Under the pieces are notes generated by a model, which was given only the letters and a program-made list of their open reading frames with translations, did no database searches and was not told where the DNA came from. A stretch of DNA of 64,000 bases, taken from positions 11,679-75,678 of the forward strand of contig CAYYXO010000002.1 in NCBI GenBank assembly GCA_964475745.1, given 5' to 3'. Below are positions 49,535 through 61,202 of the stretch, in pieces; positions within the stretch are counted from its first letter, which is position 1, and each line of letters opens with the position of its first letter. The position numbers and the translations under genes are program-made. The stretch comes from an uncultured Candidatus Saccharibacteria bacterium. GTDB taxonomy: Bacteria; Patescibacteriota; Minisyncoccia; UBA6257; JAKLIH01.

Positions 49535-50707
49535 ATGAAAAAAAATCAATTACTGCTAACAGTGGAATCCATGGCTATATTGGTCGGGACGATTGTTAGC
49601 GCGGGTATTTTTGTGTTGCCATATATTAATATAAGATCTGGTCTTTTAGCGACAAATGTTTGATTAATTCTTTTGGGAATTTTGGTTTGTGTTTTACATT
49701 TGATTTTTGGTGAAATAGTTTTGCGCACCAAAGGTGATTATAAGTTGCCAGGGTATGCGGGTATTTATTTGGGCAAAACAGTAAAAAGATTTTTTGGCTT
49801 TGCTAGTGTATTAACATTGGCTTTTTCATTGTTGATCTTTATTATTATGGTAAATAATTTTGTACAGATTTTATTTTTTCAACATATGGCCTATTTAAAA
49901 CCTTATAGCTTTGTTTTGGTGTGATTCTTGTTAAATTTATTTTTATTTTTTAAATATGCCAAGGTAAGTAAGTGTAATTTTTTTTTAACTTTTGTTTTGA
50001 TTGGTTTGATGGGAGTGGTTTCTTTTTTATGTATTTCTAAAATTGATTTTTCTTCAGTATTAAATTTTTCTCGACTTTTGTTTACAAAAGATTTTTATGC
50101 TTCCTATGGAGTGGTTTTCTTTTCTTTTGACGGCCTGGTAGCCATGCCAATAATGTTTAGTTTGCTTAGATCCAAAAAAGCTGCTAAGAAAGTTTTTAAA
50201 AGATCAGTAATATTGGCCTTTGCTTTTGTGGTAGCATTGTATTTTGTTTTTATGAATGCCATTAGTTTGCTTTCAAGAGGATCCACTTCTATTGATGCTA
50301 TTTCTGGCTTGGCACCATTTTTTGGTCCAGTACTGGTGCTTATTGGGTCTATTCTTGGCATTTTAGCTATTTCGACTGGGTATATTACTTTTTCTTTTTA
50401 TTATAAAGAAATGCTTCAGTCTGATTTTAAAATAAGTAATGCTAAAAGTATTTTGATTACTATGTTTTTGCCTTTAGTTTTTTTACTTTTAGGTGCAACA
50501 AAGGTTGATGATTTGATGTCGTTAACAGGTGGTATTATGGGAGGTTTGGTAGGTATAATAATTTTATTTGTCTATAAAAAAGCAAAAGAAACAAGCAAGG
50601 TAAAACCTGCCTATAGCTTAAACTTGCCTAATTGATCTCTGGTGGTTATTGGCGGAATTTGATTTCTCGGGTCAATGTCTCAAGTATTTTTAAGAATGAT
50701 AAAATAG
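49535..50707 (+). CDS. amino-acid permease-like polytopic membrane transporter (about 390 aa, 5 in-frame TGA)
   Basis: About 11 TM helices. The N-terminal LTVESMAILVGTIVSAGIFVLPY resembles the hydroxy/aromatic amino-acid permease family. The three ORF-track segments are in one frame. Confidence 0.55.
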
Positions 50708-50773
50708 CAATTGACATTATTTTAATAATTTTATACAATATAGTTAGATGAAAAAATAAATTAACAAATTTTT

Positions 50774-52960
50774 ATGAAAAAAATTCTTATTGTTTTGACT
50801 TTATTATTGCTTGTGTTTAAAATTGCCTTATCGGCTAGCAATGAATTTTGTATTACGGGCAAAATTATTGGTATGAGCACAAGCGCACAAACGATTGTAG
50901 TTGAGCCAGAAATTTCTTTAACAACAAGGGTGGTTAGTTTTTTAAAAAATATTTTTAATCGACAGTCATCTGTTGCTCCGACTCAATATGTTTTTGAGCT
51001 AACAAAAACAACTCAATTATTAGATGATAAAAAAAATCTTATTACTTTAGACAATGTTTCTATTGGTGATAGGGTCACTGCTTGTGGCATTGTGATGGAA
51101 GAAGATGAAGACTATAATATATTACAAGCAAGATCTGTGGCTATTCAAAAGCAACGAGGTTCTTTAATTGCTGAATGAGTAAGTACTTTAGTTGATATTG
51201 GACAAAGAAGAGAATTTAATGTTACAGAAAGAGGAGGCGTTGATGTTGGCGTAGGATTATGGCCGATAACTTCCATGACCAACTGTGTTTTTGAAGGCGA
51301 GCCTGTTTTGATAAATCCTTTGCTTGATCCAAAAGGTGAAAAAGTAAAGCCATGTTGTGATGGTCTGATTTTATGTAAATCAGAAGAAGGCACAGTTACA
51401 AAGCTAGGAGTTAATTATATTATTGCGGGAGTTTGTATGAGAAATTGTGAAGATCCAATTAATGCAAATGATGCTGACAAATTTAAAATTTATTCTCCCT
51501 GAGAGCTTTTAAAAAATCAAATGGCAAAATTTCAAGAGTCTGATAAAATTTCTTTACCAAAAGAAAAAAATCTTTTAACTTTACCTCCCCAATGTCTAAC
51601 GGATGATGATTGTTTTCCTTTTCCAGATGATTTTGATATTGATGGGATGAGGATCATAAAGCCTAATTCTATGTTTCAAAGTATAGGAAATATTCCAGAA
51701 GGATGATTGCCTGTTTGCAGAAAAGGGGTTTGCGTTTGAGAGATAGCATATCCTCAGCCAAGAGTGGATGACTTTGAAAGAGAGATTTATTGAGCTGGAT
51801 ATTGTTCAAAAGATGATGAATGTGTTTTTGATGGTAACAGTTGTGTTTTAAGAAGCAATGCTTATTCTGGATTAGGTTTTTTTGCAGAGATGTTTATAGA
51901 TAAAAATAAATCAGCAGATTGTGTTTGTAGAAATAATGCTTGTGTTAGTTTAAGTGGAATGGGATTGGGATTGCCAGGAAGAGGATTGATTGATTGTGGC
52001 AAAGAGGTGGTTGAGGTTTGTGGAGAAGATAATAAAACTTATCTAAACCCATGTTTTGCTATACAAGCAGGTGTTAATATTAAACATTATGGCAAATGTA
52101 TGTCAGACGCTGGGAAAAAACCCGATACAGGTATGATACCATTTCCAGATGACGACCCAATGATGTGTAAAAGTAATTTTGAATGTGCGTGGTGTAATAA
52201 TGGTTGTTTTACCAGAGAAATGATATCCCAAAGCAATATGAAATGCGATCCAAATAAAAAAATTCCTCAAGGCATGACTTGTCTTTGCTTAAGAAGTGGA
52301 ATGTGTGAGCTTAGGTCACAAGGTGATTTAGGCGGAGCTGTGCCACCAGCAACTTCACCAGAAAGAAGGCATGTGCCCGATAATGTTTGCCTAGCAGATA
52401 AAGATTGTGTTTTTTGTGGACAAGAATGTTTAACCACAATAGTTGTTGACCAGATGATTTCTATGGGCAGATCTTGTAGAGTTGATTTACAACCAGCAAA
52501 TGCAAAATGTGTTTGCAGGCAAAGCAATTGTTCAATTGAATATCAACAAGTACCTCAACCAGAACCGCCAAAAAGTGAAAACGGGCAAATTAACCCAAGA
52601 GAATCAAATATATTAGGTTTTTGTGGTATAGAGACAGGAGGGTATTGTAGTAATGATGCAGATTGTAAAGTAGGAGGATGTTCTGGGCAAGTGTGTCAAT
52701 CAAGAACAGAAGTGGATATGATTACTATATGCGATTGAAAAGATTGTTATCAAAAACAAGGTGTTTATTGTGGATGTGTTTCAAATAAATGCATGTGGTA
52801 TCAATCGGGAAGTCAAAATCTACCTCAGCCTCCAGAGAGCAGTTTTCCTGAGATAGGTTTTCCTCATATTGACAATCAAATAAATGTCAATTACCATGAT
52901 CAGAATATGTTTCAGCATAATAATGATTTATGGCAATCGCCAACATACATTACTTATTAA
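50774..52960 (+). CDS. large secreted cysteine-rich protein with a Kazal-like motif and repeated C-x2-D-x-(D/E)-C modules (about 728 aa, about 8 in-frame TGA)
   Basis: Signal peptide MKKILIVLTLLLLVFKIALSA. ORF-track segments 50774, 51275, 51521 and 51890 are all in one frame and interrupted only by TGA. It contains VCGEDNKTYLNPCFAIQAGVNIKHYGKC (Kazal VCGxDxxTYxNxC...GxC) plus CLTDDDCFPFPDD, CSKDDECVF, CKSNFECAWCNNGC, CLADKDCVFCGQEC, CSNDADCKVGGCSGQVCQ and CDWKDCYQKQGVYCGCVSNKC. Confidence 0.55.
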
Positions 52961-52968
52961 AAATTTAA

Positions 52969-53001
52969 AACTAGCGAAAAGCAAAGCTTTTCGCTAGTTT
53001 A
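52969..53001 (+). terminator. rho-independent terminator
   Basis: Hairpin actagcgaaaag-caaa-gcttttcgctagt followed by TT. Confidence 0.6.
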
Positions 53002-53051
53002 TTGAATAGCAAAGAAATATGTGATAAGCTATAGAAAACTTAAAAGAAACT

Positions 53052-54113
53052 ATGGATATCAACCAGTTTGATTATAAGCTACCAAAAAAATTAATTAGCC
53101 AGAAGCTAACTTTGCCAAGAGATCGGTGTAATTTTTTAATATATAATAGCGAAAAAAGGGAGAGCTATTTTAAAAAGTTTTACCATGTTTTGGATTATCT
53201 GGGAAAAGATGATGTAGTGGTGCTAAATGACACCAAGGTTTTTCCAGCTAGACTAGAAGGAGAAAAAACAACAGGAGGAAAGATAGAAGTTTTTTTGATA
53301 AAACCTATAGATGGTAATTTTCAAAAAAAAGTAAAAAATAAATGAGAAATTTTAGTAAATAAAAAAGTAGAAGATAGTCAAGAGATTTTATTTAAGAAAA
53401 AAAATAAAATAGTACTAAAGGGCATAATTAAAAAAGACCAAAGTCTTTTGATGGGGTTTAATTTGAAGGGAGAGGCTTTGTGAAAAGCAATTTATGATTT
53501 AGGAAATATGCCTTTGCCTCCATATATCAAGAGTCAAAAAGATCAAAAACACTACCAAACTATTTATGCTAAGAAGGTGGGTTCATGTGCTGCCCCAACA
53601 GCAGGGTTTCATTTTACAGAAAATTTAATTGAGAAATTATTAAAAAAAGGAGTCAAAATAGAATATATTACTTTAAATGTTGGGCTAGGGACTTTTAAGC
53701 CAATAAGAGTGGATGACATAAAGAAGCATAAAATGGATACAGAATATTTAAAAGTAGAAAAAGATGTTGCTAAGAGGTTAACAAATTATAAAAAGCAAGG
53801 AAAGAGAATTATAGCTGTGGGCACAACAGTAGTAAGAACCCTGGAGTCAGTTTTTAAAAAAGGTGTTTTTTGCGATGATGTTTTGCAAACAAATATTTTT
53901 ATTTATCCAGGCTATAAGTTTAAAGTAGTGGATGCGTTTATTACTAATTTTCATTTGCCACGATCAACTCCTTTAATGATGACAGCTGGTTTTTTAATGC
54001 AAAAGCATGGTGATTTTGAAACAGCTAAAAAAGAATTATTTAAAATTTATAACTCAGCGGTAGCTAAAAAATATAAGTTCTATAGCTTTGGAGATGCTAT
54101 GATGATAATATAA
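53052..54113 (+). CDS. queA: S-adenosylmethionine:tRNA ribosyltransferase-isomerase (about 353 aa, 2 in-frame TGA)
   Basis: N-terminal FDYKLPKKLISQKLT..RDRCNFLIY matches the QueA DFDFELPEELIAQ start. GNMPLPPYIK and HFTENL are present. Confidence 0.85.
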
Positions 54114-54127
54114 ACTAAGACAAAAGT

Positions 54128-55267
54128 ATGGAAAAATTTAAAATAAAATATCAGTCAAAAAAAACAAAAGCAAGAATTGGCCAGCTTAAAACAGAACACG
54201 GGAGTATTGAAACGCCAGTTTTTATGCCACCAGCCACGAGAGGTTTTTTAAAAAGTGTGGATAGCATAGATGTAGTTAAAAATTTAAAAAACCAGATGCT
54301 TTTAGTAAATACTTATCATTTGTATTTGAGGCCAGGAGACCAATTTGTGAAGAAATTTGGAGGTATTCATAAGTTTATGGGTTTTGATAAGCCTATTTTG
54401 AGTGATTCAGGCGGGTTTCAAGTTTGAAGTTTAAATAAAAAAGGTGAAAAATTGGCAAAAATATCAGAAGAGGGAGTTAGTTTTAAATCAAATATTGATG
54501 GCTCTAAACATATGTTTACTCCAGAAAAATCAATTGAAATACAACATAATCTAGGAGTAGATATTTTAATGGCTTTTGATGAATGTACTAATGATAAAAA
54601 TTCAAAAGAGCAGGTCGTAAAGGTATTAGAAAGAACTAATCGATGATTAGCTAGATCCGTTGAGCAGCATCAAAGGTTGCAAAAGAAAAACAAATCAAAT
54701 AAATTACTTTTTGGTATTGCCCAAGGTGGAGTGCATTTGGATTTGAGAAAACAAGCCTTGGAGTTTGTTAACAACACAGAAGTAGATGGAGTGGCTCTAG
54801 GCGGAGAAACTATTGGCTATAATATGAAAAAAACAAAGGAGTTGTTGAAAAATTTGGAAGGTTGTTTAGATCTAAAAAGGCCAATTTATACTATGGGCTT
54901 AGGCGGTAATATCCAGGACATGATTGATGCCATGGTCAGAGGAGTGGATATGTTTGATTGTGTGAATCCTGCAAGACTGGCTCGTCATGGTGAAATGTTT
55001 ATTGGTAAGCTTGATTTAAAAACATTTAAAGTCAAATCATCAGAAAAAGGTAATGTTTTAAAAATTGGATTGAGTAAATACCAAAATGACAAAAAGCCAG
55101 TAGAAAGCAATTGCGATTGCTTGGTGTGCCAAAATTATTCAAGGGCATATTTGAGGTATCTGTATATGATAAAAGAACCGCTATATTTTAGATTAGCCAC
55201 GATTCACAATATTTATTATGTGAATAAGATAATAAATCAATTTAAAGATTTTGTAAAAAATGAATAA
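54128..55267 (+). CDS. tgt: queuine tRNA-ribosyltransferase (about 379 aa, 2 in-frame TGA)
   Basis: [25 protein letters not shown] and the zinc site [17 protein letters not shown]. Confidence 0.88.
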
Positions 55268-55796
55268 AAAACTTTTGCTATACACTTGTTGTGCTTCATG
55301 CGCTTTGCCAATATTGGATTATTTAAAAAATCAAAATTTTGACATTACTCTTTATTTTTCAAATTCAAATATTTTGGATAAAGATGAATTTGATAAGAGG
55401 CTATCAGATGTTGAAAAAATTGCTAAAATTTATAATGTTGAAGTTGTGATTGATGAATATAATCATCAAGAATGACTCGATTGCTTGAGTAAAAATTTAC
55501 CAAAAGATTTAAAAGAATATCAAGAAAATTCTGAAAGATGTGTTGCATGCTTAAATTTTAGAACTCAAAGGTTGGCAAAATATCTTCTGAGTAATGTTTT
55601 TGATGTTGTTTCCAGTACTTTTTTGACTAGTTTGCATAAAGATACGAAAAAAGTCGAAAACTGATTAAAAGAATTTGGAGGGGAAGTTTTGTTTTTTGAT
55701 ATTGATAAAAAAGATTTTTATAAGAAGGGAATTGATTTGTCCAAAAAGCATGATATTTATAGACAAAAGTTTTGTGGTTGTGAATTTTCGAGATAA
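55260..55796 (+). CDS. queH: epoxyqueuosine reductase QueH (DUF208; about 178 aa, 2 in-frame TGA)
   Basis: LLLYTCCASCALP matches the QueH LLLHSCCAPCS box, and C-terminal YRQKFCGCEFS matches YRQ.YCGC. It overlaps the tgt stop by 8 nt. Confidence 0.7.
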
Positions 55797-55895
55797 AATA
55801 ATTGTGCAGGCCATTGCTTTTTTGATATTTATGTGCTATACTGAAAAAGTAAATAGCGAACAAGTTAATTAAAAAAATAATAATAAAGTTGGAAA

Positions 55896-56291
55896 ATGGA
55901 CTATGGCAAACATTTGCTGTTAGAGGTTGTTACCAAAGATGGCAAAGATTTGGCAAGTGTTGCTAAAATGAAGAAGTTTTTTGATTTGATTATTAATAGA
56001 GTTGGCTTCAACATTGTTTTTAAGCCAATGTTCTACAAATTTAAACCAAGAATCAAAGGAGAACTTGCTGGCATTACTGGCATGTGCATAGTGAGTGAAT
56101 CACATATTTCTATACATACTTGACCAGAAAAAAACTATTTTTCTTTTGATATTTTTTCTTGCAGCGATTTCGATGTAAATAAAGTTGTGGACATAGTAGA
56201 AGAAGTCTTTCTGGCAAAGGAAATTTATTCAGAGATTATTGAAAGAGGTTTAAAAATAAACTTCAAAAAGAAGCGCAAAAAAGGCAGTTAA
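55896..56291 (+). CDS. speH: S-adenosylmethionine decarboxylase proenzyme, small SpeH/SpeD type (about 131 aa, 1 in-frame TGA)
   Basis: GKHLLLEV...ESHISIHT-TGA-PEKNYFSFDIFSC matches the class 1 AdoMetDC processing-site region ESHISIHTWPE...DIFTC. TGA falls on the conserved Trp. Confidence 0.8.
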
Positions 56292-56303
56292 CTGCCTTTT
56301 TTG
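56281..56303 (+). terminator. rho-independent terminator after speH
   Basis: Hairpin aaggcagt-taa-ctgcctt followed by TTTT. Confidence 0.6.
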
Positions 56304-56427
56304 ATTAGTTGAAAAAAAGTTAAACATTGTCTATAATATATATTAAGATTAAAATATTTTTGTGAAAACAATAAAAGATATAAAAAACTCTGATAAATAC
56401 TATTGAACAAATCATGTAAAAAACAAA

Positions 56428-56775
56428 ATGATTTTTTATGGTTTGTCGGAGTCTTTGATAAAAAGAATTTTGAGATTTCCTAAAAGAACTGAAGAGGGTA
56501 TCGCGCCAAATACTTTGGCAGTAATGAAAGCTGCTGGTTCAAAGAAAAATCCTTATGAGCTTTGGGTGATGTATCAGGTAGCAAAAAATAAAAACAATAA
56601 AAGCAATATAATAGATGAGGATATTTTAAACAAGCTTTCTGAAAAAGAAGTTGTTGATATTGCTAAGACCAAACCTCAAATTGTGGTTATTAGTGCTTGA
56701 AAATATCCTGGTATTACCAAAGCAAAAGAAGAGGTGCCTATTCCTGAAGATGTCAGAAAGATTTTTGGCTTGTAA
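56428..56775 (+). CDS. hypothetical protein (about 115 aa, 1 in-frame TGA)
   Basis: Uninterrupted frame with a plausible start. It shows no recognisable domain. Confidence 0.3.
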
Positions 56776-56838
56776 TTTTTGAAAAAATTGTTTAAAATAT
56801 CATTAGTAAAAACAATTAATAAAATAAGATTAAATATT

Positions 56839-57600
56839 ATGAAAAATTTTAAATTTTATTTAGCAGGGTCTTTAGTGATTCTCTTTCTGCTGTTTTTTCA
56901 ATTTGTGTTTGTGGTTTTAAAAGAAGCCACTATTTTGGATAGAGCTCAAAAAGAATGAGATCCTTCTAATATAGAATTAAGGGATTTGGGCTTTACCTCT
57001 GATAGGTTCGTAAAAGATAAAAATATCAGAAAAGAAGTAATTAAATACAACAACAAGAAATTTTTAGTGGTTTTTATGGGCAACGAACAGTCATATTTTG
57101 ATAGAAAGATAGTTGCCAATATGTTTGTTTATGGCCCCGACATTTCAGGAAAAACAGTTTTAAAAGATTTTCAATCTTTTACCTTGACTCCAAAAGAAGA
57201 ACCATTTTTTAAAGATAATTTACCAGAATTGCCTTTTGTGGAAAAAGTGGTTGATATAAATGGAGATGGTGTTCCAGAAATATTAGTTAATCTAGGAAAT
57301 TACCCAGGTCTCGGAGCTCGCTATACAGTGGTTTCTTATGATTTGATAAGAGAAGATTTAAAATGACTTCGAGTTCAAGATAAAAATGGTATTATTGATC
57401 AAGCTTGATTCTTTGAAGGGTATTTTGATGATGCTATCCTTAGATTTGAAATAGATGAAAAAGAAAGTTCCGTCTATCAGTTTATTGGGGTTATGCCAAG
57501 AGATATTAGCGAGGAAGAAAGCTTAGATTTAAATAATTGAAACTGAAGAGTGGATATTTTTACTTTAGCAAGGGAGGGCGGCTTGTTTATTCAAAAATAA
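56839..57600 (+). CDS. hypothetical exported protein (about 253 aa, several in-frame TGA)
   Basis: N-terminal TM/signal segment. The 56839 ATG is in frame with the 56986 ORF across TGA. Confidence 0.4.
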
Positions 57601-57602
57601 TT

Positions 57603-58466
57603 ATGGTTAAAAAAATATATGTTATAAATAACTCTGGAGAGAGGGAGTTGTTATCTAAAAATAAAATAATAAATAGTGCCAAAAGAAGTGGTGCTAGTTT
57701 GGATTTGGCTAAAAAAGTTGCTGACATTGTAACAGAAAAAGTTGACGAAGAAATGACCACAAGGAAAATTTATGCATTGATTAAAAAAACTTTATTAAAA
57801 GAAAGTCCGGCAAGCGGCATGAAGTATTCTTTAAAAGAAGCCATAAGAAAGTTGGGGCCAACAGGACATTGATTTGAAAAATATGTAGCTGATATTTTAA
57901 AGGAGTATGGCTACAAAACTAAAATTAATCAGATAGTAAAAGGCCGTTGTGCTGATTTTGAAGTTGATGTTTTGTTGTGAAAAGATGAAATAAAAGAATT
58001 TTCTTTTGGCGAATGTAAATATCATAACAATCCTGGAGCTAAAGTTTCTATTTCAACTATTTTAGAAAACTTTGCTAGCTTTATTGATTTAAAAGATGGC
58101 AAATTGGGGCAATCTTTTGTTGACAAAAAGTATAATTTAAAAAGAGCCATCATTACAAATACAAAGTTTACCTCAAAAGCTATTACTTATGCTAATTGTT
58201 ACGGAGTAACTCTCTTGGGTTGAAAATATCCAAAAGGAAGGGGTTTAGAATACTATATTGATGGCAAGAATCTTTATCCAGTAACTATTTTGCCTTCTGT
58301 GACTTCATTAATGCTCGAAGAGCTTTATAATAAAAATGTTTTATTAGTGAAGGAATTATTAGATGAAAATGTTCAGAAAAAACTTAAAAAAAGTTCTTTG
58401 CCAAATGTAAATGTTGACAAGATAGTTAAAGAGGCAAAAATACTTTTTAAAGAAGAAGGGTTTTAA
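57603..58466 (+). CDS. ATP-cone domain fused to a restriction-endonuclease-like (Mrr/PD-(D/E)xK-like) domain (about 287 aa, 4 in-frame TGA)
   Basis: N-terminal YVINNSGERELLSKNKIINSAKRSGASLDLAKKVADIVTEK.. is the same ATP-cone pattern as the NrdD N-terminus. The following domain has CADFEVDVLL-TGA-KDE...FGECKYH, fitting a D...ExK nuclease core. Confidence 0.55.
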
Positions 58467-58559
58467 TAGTTCCTCCCTAGAATTAAAGCGTTTTTTCAAC
58501 TGTTGAAAAAAGAATAAAAATGTGATAAAATAAGGGTGTTAATTTGAAATATTTTTAGG

Positions 58560-58641
58560 GCCGAAGTGGCGGAACTGGCAGACGCGCACGACTCAAAATC
58601 GTGTGGAGCAATCCATGTGGGTTCGACCCCCACCTTCGGCA
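58560..58641 (+). tRNA. tRNA-Leu (anticodon CAA)
   Basis: Acceptor GCCGAAG/CTTCGGC with discriminator A, anticodon stem CACGA/TCGTG with loop CTCAAAA, a 13-nt long variable arm (type II), and T-arm GTGGG-TTCGACC-CCCAC. Confidence 0.8.
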
Positions 58642-58687
58642 CAAGAAGTTCTGATAATTTTAAATAAATTAAGGTTAAATATTTAAA

Positions 58688-60058
58688 ATGGACAATTTTG
58701 AAGAAAAAGAAATCATTATTATAGATAAAAACCAAGAATCTTTTTTTGGTAATTTAAAGTTAGAGATTGGAAAATGATGAAAAAAGAATGGCACTTGAAA
58801 AAATGGTTTAAGTGTTTTTGTTATTTTTGCTACCTTAATGTTTTTTTCTCAACTAATGACAAATTATGGTTATAAAAGAGGAATAAATGATGCATTAAAC
58901 AGAAGTACTGAAGTTGGTTTTTGATCAACTCAAAATGTTTTTGGTATGGATTCTCAGAAATCAGAAAGCAACTGATATGTTTTTTGGGATGTTTGAGCAA
59001 GAGTAAAAAATAGCTATATTGAAGGAAGCAGCATCACTGATGAAAAAATGATAGAAAACGCCATTAGGGGTTTAGTTAGAACAACTGAAGATCCATTTTC
59101 TGAATATTTGACCTATGAAGACTATAAAGAATTGACTGGTGAGCTCCAAGGATCTTTTGAAGGCATTGGTGCGGAGATAAGCAGAAGAAATGGTCAAGTG
59201 GTGGTGGCGGCGCCATTAAAGGATACGCCAGCCTATAAGGCAGGGTTAAAGCCAGGAGATATCATTATAGAAGTTGATGGTGTTTCAACTATTGATGCCA
59301 CTACAAATGATGTAGTTAAATTGATTCGTGGGCCAAAAGGAACAACAGTTACAGTGGTTGTTTTTAGGGAGGAAAACTACGAAAGAAAAACTTTTAAAAT
59401 TACTAGAAGTCAAATAAATGTTCCTTCTTTGGAGTTAGAAGAAACCAGTGATGGTATTATGATTATTAAAATGTATAATTTTTACGATCCATTAGTTCCT
59501 CAATTTGCAAAAGCTGTTGAAATTATAAAACAAAAACAGCCAAAAGGAATTATTCTTGATTTGAGAAACAATCCAGGTGGATATTTAGATGCTTTTATTG
59601 AAGTCGGTCAATACTTTTTTGAAAGAGGAGCTACTTTATTAGTAGAAGATTTTGGAGACATAAAAGATGATATGATTTATCGTTCTAAAAGGAACGGTGA
59701 ATTAAAAGATTATAAAATGGTTGTTCTGGTAAATGAAGGGTCTGCCTCTGCTTCTGAAATTTTGGCAGGAGCATTAAGAGATAACAACAAAGTATTGATT
59801 GTTGGTGAAAAAACTTTTGGTAAGGGAAGCGTGCAAGAGTTAATGCCAATTCGCAATAACAACTTTTTAAAGCTAACAGTTGCTTATTGGTTGACTCCAA
59901 GCGAGGTCAATGTTAGTAAAAAAGGAATTGTGCCAGATATTGAAGTAAAACAAGAAGAAGAGGATTTAACCATAATAAGTTCTTATGATGTTTCTGATTT
60001 AAAAAAAGACGCTCAGCTTAATCGTGCTTATCAAGAGCTATTAAAAATAATCAAATAA
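58688..60058 (+). CDS. ctpA: carboxy-terminal processing protease, S41 with PDZ (about 456 aa, 5 in-frame TGA)
   Basis: PDZ segment GIGAEI...[13 protein letters not shown], the S41 core [12 protein letters not shown] and [13 protein letters not shown] with catalytic Ser, and TFGKGSVQ with catalytic Lys. Confidence 0.8.
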
Positions 60059-60060
60059 AT

Positions 60061-60519
60061 ATGGAAGTAATATTATTAAAAGATGTAAAAGGTCTTGGTC
60101 GGAAAGGTGAAGTCAAGCAAGTCAAAGATGGTTATGGCCATAATTTTTTAATTAAAAAAGGCCTAGCTATTTTAGCAACCAGAGGCGAAGTTAATCAGGT
60201 CAAAGATTTGGCACAACAAAAAAAGAAAAAAGAAGAATCCTTGGAAAGAGAGAGAAGAGAGCTCGAGAAAAAAATAAAATCTCTTAATTTGAAAGTGGGG
60301 CTTAAGTTTGCTAAAGATAGTAAAAGCGCTTATGAATCTTTAAATAAGGAGCATGTAATTGGTGGCTTGAAAAAAGATTTTCAAGTAGTTTTACCAGTAA
60401 ATGCAAAAATAATTTTTGATAAAAACATAAAACAAAAAGGAGCAACAACAGTAAAAATTGATTTAGGAAATAATGTTGTTGTTCCTTTGGAAGTTGAAAT
60501 TATTGATAGCTCAAATTAG
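60061..60519 (+). CDS. rplI: 50S ribosomal protein L9
   Basis: [36 protein letters not shown] matches the L9 N-domain. Confidence 0.85.
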   Translation: MEVILLKDVKGLGRKGEVKQVKDGYGHNFLIKKGLAILATRGEVNQVKDLAQQKKKKEESLERERRELEKKIKSLNLKVGLKFAKDSKSAYESLNKEHVIGGLKKDFQVVLPVNAKIIFDKNIKQKGATTVKIDLGNNVVVPLEVEIIDSSN

Positions 60520-60788
60520 TCGACGTTTACTACGTTGACTTTTTTTGTTTTGCCTTGAAAAGTTTTTTTCTGCTTAGTAATAAATTTAACTTTTCCTTCT
60601 TTGGTGGCGTAGATAGTGCAATCTTTTCCTTCGGCAGTGTTTTTGCCAGAATAAAATCTATTGCCTTTTTGTTTTACGATAACACTTCCAGCTTTGGCTG
60701 GCATGCCGTCATGCAATTTAAGGCCTAATCTTTTTGCATTTGAATCTCTTCCTAAGCCAGAGGATCCTCCTGATTTTTTTGTAGACAT
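60516..60788 (-). CDS. rpmA: 50S ribosomal protein L27
   Basis: [24 protein letters not shown]...[17 protein letters not shown] matches L27. It is convergent with rplI and overlaps its stop. Confidence 0.85.
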   Translation of the reverse strand: MSTKKSGGSSGLGRDSNAKRLGLKLHDGMPAKAGSVIVKQKGNRFYSGKNTAEGKDCTIYATKEGKVKFITKQKKTFQGKTKKVNVVNVD

Positions 60789-60817
60789 ATTTATACTTTT
60801 AAACTATATTAACATTT

Positions 60818-61201
60818 ATGAGGTATATTCTAACAAATTTTTATCAATTTGTAAAGAGATTAATTTATTGGTTTAAAACCAATATTCTTTGCTTTTTATT
60901 GATTTTATTAGCTTTTGGAGCTGGTTTGATCACAGGAGGTAAGTTTTTAAAGCGTCCGCCAATAGTTGTTTATGGTGATGTTATTGACATAAAAGAGCTT
61001 AACTTGGAAAGTGATGCCAAAAAGTCAGTTGTTGGAAGCAAAGAGGTCTTGGGTGGTTTTGTGGCTAGTAGCAGAGGCAAGTATTATTATCCGAGCGACT
61101 GTAGCTTAGCCAAAAGCTTGAGTCCAGCCAATTTACTTCATTTTGAAACAGAGGCCAGTGCTATTGAGGCTGGCTATATCAGACAAGAAAGATGTTATTA
61201 A
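60818..61201 (+). CDS. hypothetical membrane-anchored protein with an Ada-metal-binding-like C-terminal segment (127 aa)
   Basis: One TM helix. YYYPSDCS...LLHFETEASAIEAGYIRQERC resembles the Ada N-terminal domain pattern, but only two Cys are present. Confidence 0.3.
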   Translation: MRYILTNFYQFVKRLIYWFKTNILCFLLILLAFGAGLITGGKFLKRPPIVVYGDVIDIKELNLESDAKKSVVGSKEVLGGFVASSRGKYYYPSDCSLAKSLSPANLLHFETEASAIEAGYIRQERCY

Positions 61202-61202
61202 T

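Noticed and set aside
52267-52527. Minus-strand 86-aa ORF inside the Cys-rich secreted protein gene
   Set aside because: It is antisense to the long + strand frame, which carries the signal peptide and the Kazal-like motif, and it has no support of its own.
57537-57602. ORF-track start at 57537 for the ATP-cone nuclease
   Set aside because: The preceding gene (56839..57600) ends at TAA 57598..57600 in another frame. ATG 57603 (MVKKIYV...) is the more plausible start, and the upstream in-frame codons overlap that gene.
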